Origin: Candidatus Firestoneibacteriota bacterium
Lineage (GTDB): Bacteria; Oederibacteriota; D2-FULL-39-29; JBDRBU01
Assembly: GCA_043822305.1 (NCBI GenBank)
Contig: JBDRBU010000081.1
Location: forward strand, 1-32,748
Length of the DNA stretch: 32,748 nucleotides
Reading direction: 5' to 3'
The first letter of the stretch is position 1, and each line of letters starts with the position of its first letter. The notes beneath the pieces were generated by a model. That model saw nothing but the letters and a program-made list of their open reading frames with translations. It made no database searches and was not told where the DNA came from. Both the position numbers and the translations under genes were made by a program. This document shows positions 1 through 9,658 of this stretch, piece by piece.

Positions 1-22
1 TTACATAATCCTTGTTAAGCAT
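1..22 (-). CDS. 5' end of a gene running off the window (MLNKDYV...)
   Basis: GGAGG (33..37, minus) lies 10 nt before the ATG at 22. Only 7 codons are visible. Confidence 0.45.
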
Positions 23-140
23 CTGTCATTTTCCTCCGTATAATATGTTTTTATTTATATTATACAGGATTTAACAGATACTTTCTATTTCAAAGATCCA
101 TCCTATCCTATTACATCTCTACAATAGAACCTGAAGAACC
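6..140 (-). repeat. ~135-bp repeat, inverted copy of 32608..32748, carrying promoter-like hexamers, a long imperfect palindrome, RBS and an ATG pointing out of the window
   Basis: The reverse complement reads ggttcttcaggttctattgtagagatgtaataggataggatggatctttgaaatagaaagtatctgttaaatcctgtataatataaat...catattatacggaggaaaatgacagatgcttaac. By eye it aligns end-to-end with 32608..32748, with scattered substitutions and 3 small indels. Confidence 0.92.
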
Positions 141-162
141 ACAATACTTTTTGTACTTTCAT
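103..162 (-). pseudogene. 19-aa mini-ORF MKVQKVLWFFRFYCRDVIG, probably a gene truncated by the repeat
   Basis: Strong SD gaggagg followed by atgtaaaa and ATG at 162. The frame enters the repeat at 140 after 7 codons and stops at TAG 103..105. Confidence 0.4.
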
Positions 163-219
163 TTTTACATCCTCCTCTAATGTCTAGTTCATTGGACTTA
201 CTTTTTTTTGTTATATTAT

Positions 220-714
220 TTATTTTCTCTTTTTTCTTTTCTTTTTATTTGTTATTATTTCAGTACCTCTGAGACGTTTTAAATCTTTTTGATCTATTTC
301 TCTATTATAATATTCTTTTATTTCTATAAGGTCATCCTTAGAAACAAAATGAGCTTTAATATCTAAAAAATTACCGTCTACTTTGGACTTCCATGCTTTC
401 TCAAAGTCCAAGTTACCCTGAGATACAAATATATCAATCCTATTAGGTTCAATACCCATACTATAATAACTATTTTTATCGAGAAATTTATTATAATCCA
501 AATCAATAGATATAAATTCTTTTATTGCTTTGGTGCATTTAATTATGTTTTCTTTGCTTTCTTTAATCCAAAAATCAATATCCTTACTATACCGGGATAT
601 ATTAGTATGCTTAATTGTCGCATATGCCCCAACAATAAGATACTCAACATTATTTTTATTTAATATCCTAATAAAATCTTTAAAATCTTTTAATTCGGAA
701 GTATCTTTTTCCAA
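220..714 (-). CDS. Putative nucleotidyltransferase (Pol-beta superfamily, DUF6036-like)
   Basis: YLIVGAYA...RYSKDIDFWI (G-A/S plus DxD motif), later RIDIF and R..D..DL. TTG start with aaggag SD. Confidence 0.75.
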   Translation of the reverse strand: MEKDTSELKDFKDFIRILNKNNVEYLIVGAYATIKHTNISRYSKDIDFWIKESKENIIKCTKAIKEFISIDLDYNKFLDKNSYYSMGIEPNRIDIFVSQGNLDFEKAWKSKVDGNFLDIKAHFVSKDDLIEIKEYYNREIDQKDLKRLRGTEIITNKKKRKKRK

Positions 715-941
715 GCACCACTCCTTTTAAAAGAATCATTTTTAATATTATTCATTTCTTTATAACCCTTAATAAGCCAGTTCATTGTCTTTAATGCTGT
801 ATTAAAATCTTTTTCAATATTTAAAGCTTCTACCTGGGCGTGAGTACCAAAACCATAAAACCATTTTCTACCGGTTTTTTTATCAATATGTGTCTTGATT
901 TTCATCGGCTTTACATTTTCATAAATGACTTTTGTATTCAT
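690..941 (-). CDS. Small hypothetical protein, probable partner of the downstream nucleotidyltransferase
   Basis: The GAGGAGG SD is better spaced for the ATG at 941 than the GTG at 950. Overlaps the next gene by 25 nt. Confidence 0.65.
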   Translation of the reverse strand: MNTKVIYENVKPMKIKTHIDKKTGRKWFYGFGTHAQVEALNIEKDFNTALKTMNWLIKGYKEMNNIKNDSFKRSGAWKKILPN

Positions 942-965
942 TTCAAACACTTCCTCCTCGTTTTC

Positions 966-1955
966 CTACTTAATCCCAAACACTGCTTTTCTAACTTCTT
1001 CCATTGTTTTTTCTGCAACTTCCTTTGCTTTTTTTAGACCATGTTCTAACACATCATTTATGTATCCTTTCTTAGATATTATCAAATTTCTCTTTTGATG
1101 AATCTCTTCTAACCCTGATGTAATATTTTTTATTAACATATTTTTACAATCAGCACATCCTAATTTCCCGGATGGACAATCTGTTTTGATATTTCCCTTC
1201 TCGTTTTGACTATACATATGGTGAAGCAAAAATACCGGACACTCATTTGGATGTCCTGCATCTCCTAAATGAATCTTTCCTGGGTCAGTATAACATAACT
1301 TGATTTTCTTTTTAATCTCTTCTTTTGAATCAGATATATAAATACAATTATTGTATGATTTACTCATTTTCCTTCCATCAGTTCCTAAAACCTTAGGAAT
1401 CTCTGTAAAAAGATGAACTGGCTCTGGAAACACTTGCCCATATAAATTATTAAATCTACGACAAATCTCTCTGGTTAACTCCAAATGAGGAAGTTGATCC
1501 TGTCCTATTGGCACAACTTCTGCCTTATATATTAGTATATCTGCTGCTTGCAATACCGGATAACCAAGGAACCCATAATTAGATAAGTCCCTATCCTTTA
1601 TTTCTTTCGTTTGCTCCTTATAAGTAGGACATCTTTCTAACCAGGAAATAGGGGTTATCATAGAAAGTAACAAATGTAACTCGGAATGCTGGGTTACATT
1701 TGATTGTACAAATATAGTACTTTTTTCTGGATCAATTCCTGCTGATAACCAGTCAACTACCATTTCTTTAATATTAGTGGGAATCTCTTTCGAATTGGCA
1801 TACTCAGATGTTAAAGCATGCCAATCTGCAACCATATAATAACATTTGTAACTGTCTTGAAGTTTAACCCAATTATTGAGTGCACCTAATAAATTTCCAA
1901 TATGCAATTTACCAGTTGGCCTCATCCCGCTTAATGTTGTAGATAAATCCACCAA
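966..1955 (-). CDS. trpS: Tryptophan--tRNA ligase
   Basis: SGMRPTGKLHIGN (HIGH), YPVLQAADIL, VPIGQDQLPHLE, KMSKS. Confidence 0.98.
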   Translation of the reverse strand: MVDLSTTLSGMRPTGKLHIGNLLGALNNWVKLQDSYKCYYMVADWHALTSEYANSKEIPTNIKEMVVDWLSAGIDPEKSTIFVQSNVTQHSELHLLLSMITPISWLERCPTYKEQTKEIKDRDLSNYGFLGYPVLQAADILIYKAEVVPIGQDQLPHLELTREICRRFNNLYGQVFPEPVHLFTEIPKVLGTDGRKMSKSYNNCIYISDSKEEIKKKIKLCYTDPGKIHLGDAGHPNECPVFLLHHMYSQNEKGNIKTDCPSGKLGCADCKNMLIKNITSGLEEIHQKRNLIISKKGYINDVLEHGLKKAKEVAEKTMEEVRKAVFGIK

Positions 1956-2566
1956 AATTCTAACCCCCTTCCTGAAAATATTCTAAGAAAAAAATCTATG
2001 GGTGGAAATAAAATTATACTACTTAACGGAGTAAAAATTATACATAGCAATCCAACTATTGACACTATAGGATTTATTGCTTCAAATTTAAATGCATATT
2101 TAGCCGGAAGCAAACTGGCCAGTACTCTAGAACCATCCAACGGTGGTAAAGGCAGAAGATTAAATATTCCCAGACCACAATTTATAATAAGTAAATATGC
2201 AAAAATCATCAAAATACTTTCTTTTAATATATATGGGTTAATCATTCTTACCATAATTCCACATATAAATGCTAAAAATAAGTTAGAAGCAGGACCGGCT
2301 ATGGCCACAAAAAATATATCCGCCCTTGGATTTTTGAAATTATATGGATTGATTGGAACCGGTTTTGCCCAACCAAATGGACCAAACATCAACATCAAAG
2401 CACCTAAAACATCAAGGTGAGAAATAGGATTCAAAGTAAGCCGTCCTGCATCTTTTGCCGTATGATCGCCTTTCAGGAATGCAACAAATCCATGTGCAAA
2501 TTCATGAATTGTAAGTGCTAAAAGTATAACCATTATTCTAATAACACCCCTAACTAAAGATTCCAA
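1931..2566 (-). CDS. Site-2 protease family (M50) Zn metalloprotease
   Basis: HEFAH, GRLTLNPISHLD, FGWAKPVP, AGPASN, NLLPLPPLDG, hydrophobic segments. Confidence 0.95.
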   Translation of the reverse strand: MESLVRGVIRIMVILLALTIHEFAHGFVAFLKGDHTAKDAGRLTLNPISHLDVLGALMLMFGPFGWAKPVPINPYNFKNPRADIFFVAIAGPASNLFLAFICGIMVRMINPYILKESILMIFAYLLIINCGLGIFNLLPLPPLDGSRVLASLLPAKYAFKFEAINPIVSIVGLLCIIFTPLSSIILFPPIDFFLRIFSGRGLEFWWIYLQH

Positions 2567-2583
2567 AATCCCTCCATAAACCA

Positions 2584-2642
2584 GGGACAGCGCCTACTTA
2601 TTTTTCTTTATATCAAATAGTAAATTAAATTGTGGCTGTCCA
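2584..2642. repeat. Short element bounded by inverted GG(G)ACAGC motifs (MITE-like or empty TIR pair)
   Basis: GGGACAGCGCCTACTTATT at 2584 (+) faces GTGGACAGCCACAATTTAATT ending at 2642 (-). Confidence 0.55.
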
Positions 2643-2652
2643 CTTTAATTGT

Positions 2653-2681
2653 ATTCTATCACAGTTATAACATAACTTCAA
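2653..2681 (-). promoter_or_regulatory. Sigma70-type promoter for the site-2 protease/trpS unit
   Basis: TTGAAG (2681..2676), 17 nt, then TAGAAT (2658..2653) with a TGn extended -10. Confidence 0.6.
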
Positions 2682-2716
2682 GTATATATTTTCAGTTGAA
2701 ATAGACCTACCCCCCC

Positions 2717-4909
2717 TTATAGGAGGCCACTAATTCTTCTTACATACCAGTCGACTGTTAAAAATATAATTATTAAAACAAAAAATATTAAAGAATCCCA
2801 AATAATAGATTTATTCGTGCTGGTTACAATTTCTACAACTGGTTTTAATTTAATATTAAAATCTGATAAATTTTGGCTATTAAAGTATTCTCCTCCTGAA
2901 TTATTTGCAATCCCAGAAAGCAACTTCTCATTCAAGAATATATCTTTATCTTCGCTGGATTGTGGAGAAACTTCAGTTATTATTACATCTTTACCCAGAT
3001 TTTTATTCCCTTTGTATGAATTAGCCCTAAGAGTATATTTCCCTATATCTTCTCCTATGAGACTACACTCGTAAATCCCATCCCCAATATACGGGATGTT
3101 ATTAAATGATAAAGTTTTTCCTGAGGGATCGGTTAAATTAATATCAACAACGGCATTATCTTCATATTGGTAATAATCATTTAAAACAGTAGTAAGCACT
3201 CTTATTGTTTCACCTTTACCATAAACTTTCTTGTCTGTGCTTACTTTAACTTGTTTTAATTCGGGTGTATTTATTAACCAATTAAACATTTGATGCCAGT
3301 ATTTACTGTAATAAAAATTTCCTTTACCAGCACCAGCTAAACCCATTGACCATCTCCAGGTAGAGTTAGTTCCAACAGATAGCACCCGACCTTGACCTTT
3401 TGGCCATATGGTTATAACCGGTAATGGAGCACCATCTGCATCTTTTAAATCCTCTGTGCCGGCTAAAACAACCGCTCCTTTTTTTGCTCTAACGAATTTA
3501 TTACAACCTTCTAACTCTGGTAAACTCTGCCATATATCTAAATTTTCTTCCTTCGTATCAGAAAGCGTATTTATTGGATGTTCTAATGGTTTAACTTTAA
3601 AAAAACCAGACTCAAACACCTCATCAAACCCACTGATTTCAACAGGCAAAATTTCCTCTATTTGAGTTCCTTTATAACCACCTCGGCCATAACTTTCATC
3701 ACCACCTATCATCACAAAAGCACCACCAAATTTTTCAACAAAGTCTTTAACACTATTTAAAAGTTCTGGGGCAAAGTATTTAATATAACTAAAATTTTCT
3801 AAAACCACTACATCAAAACTAAATATCTCTTTCGTGAAAATCTCTGTGGCCGGAAAAGGAATTAAGGTTAACTCGTTTTCCGGGAAAAATACAACATCCT
3901 CATTACTTCTAAGAATTATAAAAGAAACAACTTCGTAATTTGGATTTGTCTTTAATGCTTGTCTTAAAAACCTGTATTCAAAATTAGGACAACCAGATAA
4001 GTAAAGTATCCTTACTTTTTCTTTTAAAACATTTAAATTAAATTCCTTTAAATTATTTTCTTTATTAATTTCTCCTTTTTCAGGTGGGATTATGACCTGA
4101 AATTTCTGCAACCCTGTTTCTTTCGGAATATAGTTAAATCTTACTTCTATTTCTTTCCCTTCTTCCTTAATCTTAACAAATTTATCTGATATTACATTTT
4201 TATCTTTCTTTAAAAGAACATTTACCATCTTTCCTATGGAGTTATATCCTTTAACCTTGACTATAATATTAGTTTCCATATTTCTAAAAGCAATATTACT
4301 TACTGAAATATCGTTTATTTCTAAATCAAATCCTGTTCGAGTTGAACCAATTCCAATAGTATGCACCGGAATATCTATTGATTTTGAAACCTCTAAGGGA
4401 TCAACCAGACCATTATGATTACCGTCTGATATAAGCACTAAATTAGTATCTACGGAATCTCCTTCTTTCATTAATTCTTCTTTTACCTCTACCAACGCAT
4501 TTCCTATATCAGTAGTTTCTCCATCTAATTTTTCTAATCTTAAAATGTTTTCATAATTCATTCTAACCGGAGTACCGGCATATGTATAGCATATGACCTC
4601 ATGAGTTTTTTTAAATCCTTCAATTTTGTTTTTTAAAATATCTTTTACGACACTAAACTTATGAAACGGATATTTAATATCCATACTTTTTGAGACATCA
4701 ACCAGAACTACAACTTTTGACTTTTTATATTTTTTTTCTTCTTTAATTAAAACCGGATGCAAGAAAATAAAGATAAGAAATAAAAATATTATAGCCCTTA
4801 GAATAATTAATAACTTTTTACTTCTTTCTGCAAATTTAGCAATGTAAATTAAAGAAAAATAACCTGATATTAAAAAAATTATTATCCATAAATTAAATTC
4901 AAATTTCAT
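2717..4909 (-). CDS. Membrane protein with vWA-like, Ig-like and class-I glutamine amidotransferase-like domains
   Basis: N-terminal TM helices, VVVLVDVSKSM and LISDG (MIDAS), FVEKFGGAFVMIGGDESYG, W.W motif, C-terminal TM ending WYVRRISGLL. Confidence 0.8.
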   Translation of the reverse strand: MKFEFNLWIIIFLISGYFSLIYIAKFAERSKKLLIILRAIIFLFLIFIFLHPVLIKEEKKYKKSKVVVLVDVSKSMDIKYPFHKFSVVKDILKNKIEGFKKTHEVICYTYAGTPVRMNYENILRLEKLDGETTDIGNALVEVKEELMKEGDSVDTNLVLISDGNHNGLVDPLEVSKSIDIPVHTIGIGSTRTGFDLEINDISVSNIAFRNMETNIIVKVKGYNSIGKMVNVLLKKDKNVISDKFVKIKEEGKEIEVRFNYIPKETGLQKFQVIIPPEKGEINKENNLKEFNLNVLKEKVRILYLSGCPNFEYRFLRQALKTNPNYEVVSFIILRSNEDVVFFPENELTLIPFPATEIFTKEIFSFDVVVLENFSYIKYFAPELLNSVKDFVEKFGGAFVMIGGDESYGRGGYKGTQIEEILPVEISGFDEVFESGFFKVKPLEHPINTLSDTKEENLDIWQSLPELEGCNKFVRAKKGAVVLAGTEDLKDADGAPLPVITIWPKGQGRVLSVGTNSTWRWSMGLAGAGKGNFYYSKYWHQMFNWLINTPELKQVKVSTDKKVYGKGETIRVLTTVLNDYYQYEDNAVVDINLTDPSGKTLSFNNIPYIGDGIYECSLIGEDIGKYTLRANSYKGNKNLGKDVIITEVSPQSSEDKDIFLNEKLLSGIANNSGGEYFNSQNLSDFNIKLKPVVEIVTSTNKSIIWDSLIFFVLIIIFLTVDWYVRRISGLL

Positions 4910-5664
4910 TATTTCTTTTCCTGTTTTAACATTCTCATTTCTTCTATCTTCCTTTGTATATACTGTAAATGTATGGCGTCTAATTTATATGTTCCTGTTA
5001 AGGCATACATAAGTATATTAACTGTTAATTTCATACCTTCAAATCTTTGTTTCTCACCATATGGAATACAATCTTTTAGAAAATTACCTAACTTATCTTT
5101 TGCCCATATACCTAATAAATCATTATGCGAGTAAATAACAGCCATTTGATTGTTGTATTCTATCCCTTCTAAATAAGGGACACTAACCTTTGCCCCAACA
5201 ACTTGAGGTATTAAATAAAACGCATAAAAAATTGCATGATTATCCTTAATTCTTTCAAAATTAGAGTTCGGTATAACTCTTAAAAATTCTCTTTTTATCG
5301 CTTTATCAAATCCAAAATCCTTGATTCCTGATGTATCATCAATAAAACAAATACCTCCTCCATCAAAAAATCTTTTTAATGTTTCTATATCTCTATCAGA
5401 AAACTTATTAAACTCGGAATCTCCTGTTATGACTAAAAATGGATAGTTAAAAATCTCATCGTTATTTAATGTTATTTCTTTTCTCTCTTTTGCAGAATGA
5501 ATATTAGTTGTGGTTATTATAAAATCATAAATCTCGGGCCAACTTCCCGGATTAGGGTCATAGTTTCCCCCATTATATTTAAGCTGTATGAAAAAGAAAT
5601 TATCTTTTGAAGCAAAAGACAAATTGCAACTAATAATTAATATAATAATTATTAAAAACCTCAT
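4909..5664 (-). CDS. DUF4159 domain protein
   Basis: Signal-peptide-like N-terminus, YPFLVITG, GGICFIDD, NDLLGIW, VNILMYALTGTYKLDAIH. Confidence 0.85.
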   Translation of the reverse strand: MRFLIIIILIISCNLSFASKDNFFFIQLKYNGGNYDPNPGSWPEIYDFIITTTNIHSAKERKEITLNNDEIFNYPFLVITGDSEFNKFSDRDIETLKRFFDGGGICFIDDTSGIKDFGFDKAIKREFLRVIPNSNFERIKDNHAIFYAFYLIPQVVGAKVSVPYLEGIEYNNQMAVIYSHNDLLGIWAKDKLGNFLKDCIPYGEKQRFEGMKLTVNILMYALTGTYKLDAIHLQYIQRKIEEMRMLKQEKK

Positions 5665-7748
5665 TTAATTCTCCTTATGGAAAGGTATCCTTCTAACATT
5701 AAAAGTATTATAACTAATCCAATTAATATTTTGTTAATTTCTCTGCCTCTCAGTATGAGAATAAGTTCATTAACAATATTCTTGTAATCCCTTATAAGAA
5801 ATATCCCAGATGAAGGGATAGATTTTTTAATTTCACCAATCTCTTGTTTTCTCAAATCAGATTCCTTACTTTTTACATCTAAATTTACAGTAAAATACTC
5901 TGTCTTAATTAAACCACCAGAAAAAACATATCTTAACTTATAAATACCCACTTCTTCTAACTCTTTAAACTCTATTTGATTATTTGATATTAAGGACAAT
6001 GGAACAACTTTATTTGAAGGTAAAACTATTTCTACTTTTTTGGGTAAATTATTCAAGGGAAATGTTTTTCTGTAAATATCTCCAACATATATACTTTTTT
6101 GAATTTCTTTTTCTTGCTCTTTTGTCAAATAATCTACAATATTTTGCATAAAAGGTAAATAAATAGCCCTTAACGGGAAATTACTCCAATCTCTGTCAGC
6201 CGGAAACGGGAATATTAATATTTTACCAAACTTAGTATATTTAAAATCTTTCTCGATAATACCTGGCAAATTACTTTTAAAATTTGCTAAAACTTTAGTA
6301 TCGCTTTTTGGCCGGACATAGTAATGTTTATTAAAAATAACTCTTTCAAATCCTTTAATATCTAATGATTTAAATAAACTGTGATTTTGACTAATACTAT
6401 TTACATCAATTATATCTTCTTTCTCAATTACTTGAATAATATCAGCCGGGAAAACTTCCTCGTTGAATTTCTTGTAATCTTCTATATTAATCTTATCTCC
6501 CAGAAAATAAATCAGATTTCCGCCTTTTCTAACATAATCAATTAATCTTTTCGCAACACTTTGTGAAAGTTTAGAAACATTACATAAAAATATAATACTA
6601 AAATCATCCAAATTTTTCCATTCTAACTCCTCTGGCACACATACCGTAGAAGATATTTTAGATTCCAATTTTAAATCCGGACTGAAGGCTAATCTTAAAT
6701 AAAATGTCTCACTTAAAAACTGTGATAATTTCACATCACCATCAACACATAAAACTTTCTTTTTCTCTTCTACATCTAATTTAACATAATAAACATTATC
6801 TAATGTTAATCCATCTTCAATATCTAATTTTACATATCCTGAATAATTATCTTTCCTTTTGAAATTGTAAAACAAATTCTTTGATATTTTTCTATAGCCA
6901 TCAATTCCAAAAAATCCATATCCACATTTTTGTTCATTTATAGATAAAAATACTGGAACTTTGAAAAATCGGACAGGTGAGAAATTTTCAACTTCAACAT
7001 TTATTTTTACCTGGTCTTTTATAAAAAAAGACTGCACAACTTCATTTATGGCTATATTTGATATCTCTTGGCCTAGATCAACAAAAATTATCTTAATATT
7101 TTTATCAAAATTTGATAAAATTTTCTCATCAAGAGAACTAAATCCGTGTTTTGCAAAATCTGTTACAAATATTATTTGTTTATTGGTAATATTACTTTCT
7201 TTTAATATAGAATAACCATAATTTAGTCCGGATAATATTGAAGTGGTTCTCTGGGATATTTTAGCCCTTTTAATTTTCTCTGTTAAAAGTTTTGTATTGG
7301 AAGTTAAATTACTTGTAACGGGAACTATTTTGTCAGATAAAAGCGAAAAACAAACCTTATCATAACTTCTTAACACCTTTAATATATTCTCACAAACACC
7401 TTTTCCTGTTTCAAATTCTGAAGATACTCCCAGGGAATAGGAATTATCCAAGATTAAACAAATGGCTAAGGGTTCATCTTGATTTTTTGAAAGAAATCCT
7501 GATTGTTGTAATATAGGCCTGGCAAAAGCAAAAATAAGAAAAGTTATTATTAAAATTCTTAAAAGAAGTAAAAGATACTGCCATAACCTTATCTTCTTTA
7601 TCGTCCTTGTAACTGCAAGTTTTATAAACTTAATCTCGCTAAACGCAAGAATTCTGGCTTTCTTTATAGATAATAAATGAATAATAATAGGAATAATAAG
7701 TAAAGGCAGAGCTAAAAGAAAATATGTATTAAAAAATGATAGATTCAC
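5661..7748 (-). CDS. BatA-domain / vWA-domain membrane protein
   Basis: N-terminal LLALPLLIIPIIIHLL...LLLLLRI...AFARP (BatA), LILDNSYS (MIDAS), C-terminal TM. Confidence 0.85.
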   Translation of the reverse strand: MNLSFFNTYFLLALPLLIIPIIIHLLSIKKARILAFSEIKFIKLAVTRTIKKIRLWQYLLLLLRILIITFLIFAFARPILQQSGFLSKNQDEPLAICLILDNSYSLGVSSEFETGKGVCENILKVLRSYDKVCFSLLSDKIVPVTSNLTSNTKLLTEKIKRAKISQRTTSILSGLNYGYSILKESNITNKQIIFVTDFAKHGFSSLDEKILSNFDKNIKIIFVDLGQEISNIAINEVVQSFFIKDQVKINVEVENFSPVRFFKVPVFLSINEQKCGYGFFGIDGYRKISKNLFYNFKRKDNYSGYVKLDIEDGLTLDNVYYVKLDVEEKKKVLCVDGDVKLSQFLSETFYLRLAFSPDLKLESKISSTVCVPEELEWKNLDDFSIIFLCNVSKLSQSVAKRLIDYVRKGGNLIYFLGDKINIEDYKKFNEEVFPADIIQVIEKEDIIDVNSISQNHSLFKSLDIKGFERVIFNKHYYVRPKSDTKVLANFKSNLPGIIEKDFKYTKFGKILIFPFPADRDWSNFPLRAIYLPFMQNIVDYLTKEQEKEIQKSIYVGDIYRKTFPLNNLPKKVEIVLPSNKVVPLSLISNNQIEFKELEEVGIYKLRYVFSGGLIKTEYFTVNLDVKSKESDLRKQEIGEIKKSIPSSGIFLIRDYKNIVNELILILRGREINKILIGLVIILLMLEGYLSIRRIK

Positions 7749-8632
7749 TTTAGCAATCTTTCCCTCTTCTCCAGATAACGAATTAAACCATGTTCAAGCG
7801 GTGTTAGAGTATCAAATAAAACATAGTCTATATTATTTTTCTCGCAGATTGATTTATGTTTATTTATAAATTCGTTAATTAGTTTTTTGTATTCATGTCT
7901 TATCATATCGGGCAAAGCAAGAACTCTTAATTTATCTTCCATTCCTTCAAATATAAACGGCTCTTTAAAATTTAAAACCAGTTCTGCATTATCAAGAATA
8001 TGAAAAACTATAACCTCGTTTTTCTTTGAATTAAGATATTTTAAATATTTTAATACCTTATCTTCATTATCATACAAATCCGAGATTAAAATAATTAAAC
8101 CTCTTTTTTTCATAAACCCGCTTATATTTTCAAGTGCCTCCCAAATGGAAGTCTTTCCACCTGATGAAATATTATCAAGTGAATTCATGATAAATTTCAT
8201 ATGGGATAATGCTGACTTTGGAGGAATATACTCTGCAATTTTTTCATTAAATAACATTAATCCAACTTTATCCTGCTGTCTTAACATAAGGTAAGTTAAA
8301 GAAGCAGCTAAATAAGAAGCATACTGGAGTTTTGTAATTTTACCTGAAGCATATCCCATTGATGAAGATTTATCAAGAAGTATATAACTAATTAATGTAG
8401 ATTCTTCTTTATACTGTTTTATGTAATATCTATCGGTCCGGCCTAAAATCTTCCAATCCAAATATTTTAATTCATCTCCGGGAACATACTCTCTATGTTC
8501 AGCAAAATCTAAACTAAGTCCTTTTAAAGCACTATCATGTAGTCCGGCCATAAAGCCATCGACGACAACTTTTGCTCTTAATTTCATATCTGATAATTTA
8601 ACTAAATCGGTAGGATTTAAAAATTTGCTCAT
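7745..8632 (-). CDS. DUF58 domain protein (vWA-like, MoxR-associated)
   Basis: G.H.S...G.SLDFAEHREYVPGDELKYLDWK, ILLDKSSSM, ILISD. Confidence 0.93.
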   Translation of the reverse strand: MSKFLNPTDLVKLSDMKLRAKVVVDGFMAGLHDSALKGLSLDFAEHREYVPGDELKYLDWKILGRTDRYYIKQYKEESTLISYILLDKSSSMGYASGKITKLQYASYLAASLTYLMLRQQDKVGLMLFNEKIAEYIPPKSALSHMKFIMNSLDNISSGGKTSIWEALENISGFMKKRGLIILISDLYDNEDKVLKYLKYLNSKKNEVIVFHILDNAELVLNFKEPFIFEGMEDKLRVLALPDMIRHEYKKLINEFINKHKSICEKNNIDYVLFDTLTPLEHGLIRYLEKRERLLK

Positions 8633-8639
8633 ATGATTT

Positions 8640-9647
8640 TCACTTTGGTTTTACTACTTTAAGTAAATTATCGACTATAGTCTCCGGTGTTACTCCGTCC
8701 GCTTCTGCTTTGAACGAAAGAACAATTCTGTGTTTTAAAACTATATGGGCTATAGCAAATATATCTTCTATAGATGCTGATAATCTTCCATTTAATATTG
8801 CTCTGGCTTTAGCACCAATAATTAAACTTTGCGAAGCTCTTGGACCTGCTCCCCAATTTACCATCTCTTTAATAAATTCTGGAGAACTACTTTCTTTTGG
8901 CCTCGTGGCGGTAACAAGATCAACTGCATAATTTATAACATAATCAGAAGCAGGAACTTTTCTAACTATTTCTTGCAATTTTAATATATCTTTTGAACTT
9001 AATACTTTATGAAGAATTGTTTCATAACTTCCGGTTGTAGTTTTTACTATCTCGATTTCTTCTTTTTTTGAAGGATAATCTATTGAAATGTTAAAGAAAA
9101 ATCTGTCTAATTGTGCTTCTGGAAGTGGATATGTTCCTTCATACTCTATAGGATTCTGTGTGGCTAAAACAAAAAATGGAACCGGAATTAGATATGTCTG
9201 TCCTCCTACTGTTACTTTATATTCTTGCATAGATTGAAGTAATGCTGATTGAGTCTTAGGTGGAGTTCTATTAATCTCATCCGCCAGGACAATATTTGCA
9301 AATACTGGACCTTTTATAAACCTAAAACTCCTTTTTCCTGTAATCGCCTCTTCTTCTATAACCTCTGTTCCCGTGATATCAGAAGGCATTAAATCCGGTG
9401 TAAATTGTATTCTTTTAAACTCTAAATCTAAGATTTTAGCTATGCTTTCTATTAAAAGCGTTTTGGCTAATCCAGGAACACCCACCAGCAAACAATGTCC
9501 TTTTGAAAAAAGACAAATCAACACTTCTTCTATCACCTTTTTCTGCCCAACTATAACTTTTTTAATTTGTTGCAAAATACTATCTTTTGCTTCTGACAAT
9601 TTCTCAACTAATTTTAAATCTTCTTTACTACTTAATTTTTCTTCCAT
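8640..9647 (-). CDS. moxR: MoxR family AAA+ ATPase
   Basis: GVPGLAKT (Walker A), RIQFTPDLMPSDITG, LADEINRTPPKTQSALL, ATQNPIEYEGTYPLPEAQLDRF. Confidence 0.96.
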   Translation of the reverse strand: MEEKLSSKEDLKLVEKLSEAKDSILQQIKKVIVGQKKVIEEVLICLFSKGHCLLVGVPGLAKTLLIESIAKILDLEFKRIQFTPDLMPSDITGTEVIEEEAITGKRSFRFIKGPVFANIVLADEINRTPPKTQSALLQSMQEYKVTVGGQTYLIPVPFFVLATQNPIEYEGTYPLPEAQLDRFFFNISIDYPSKKEEIEIVKTTTGSYETILHKVLSSKDILKLQEIVRKVPASDYVINYAVDLVTATRPKESSSPEFIKEMVNWGAGPRASQSLIIGAKARAILNGRLSASIEDIFAIAHIVLKHRIVLSFKAEADGVTPETIVDNLLKVVKPK

Positions 9648-9658
9648 ATGGTCTCCTT

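Noticed and set aside
14..83. Terminal palindrome as an integron attC site (GTTAAGC and ATTTAAC present)
   Set aside because: The core sites are in the wrong order (GTT before AAC on both strands), the outer one is not conserved in the right copy, and no integrase is in the window.
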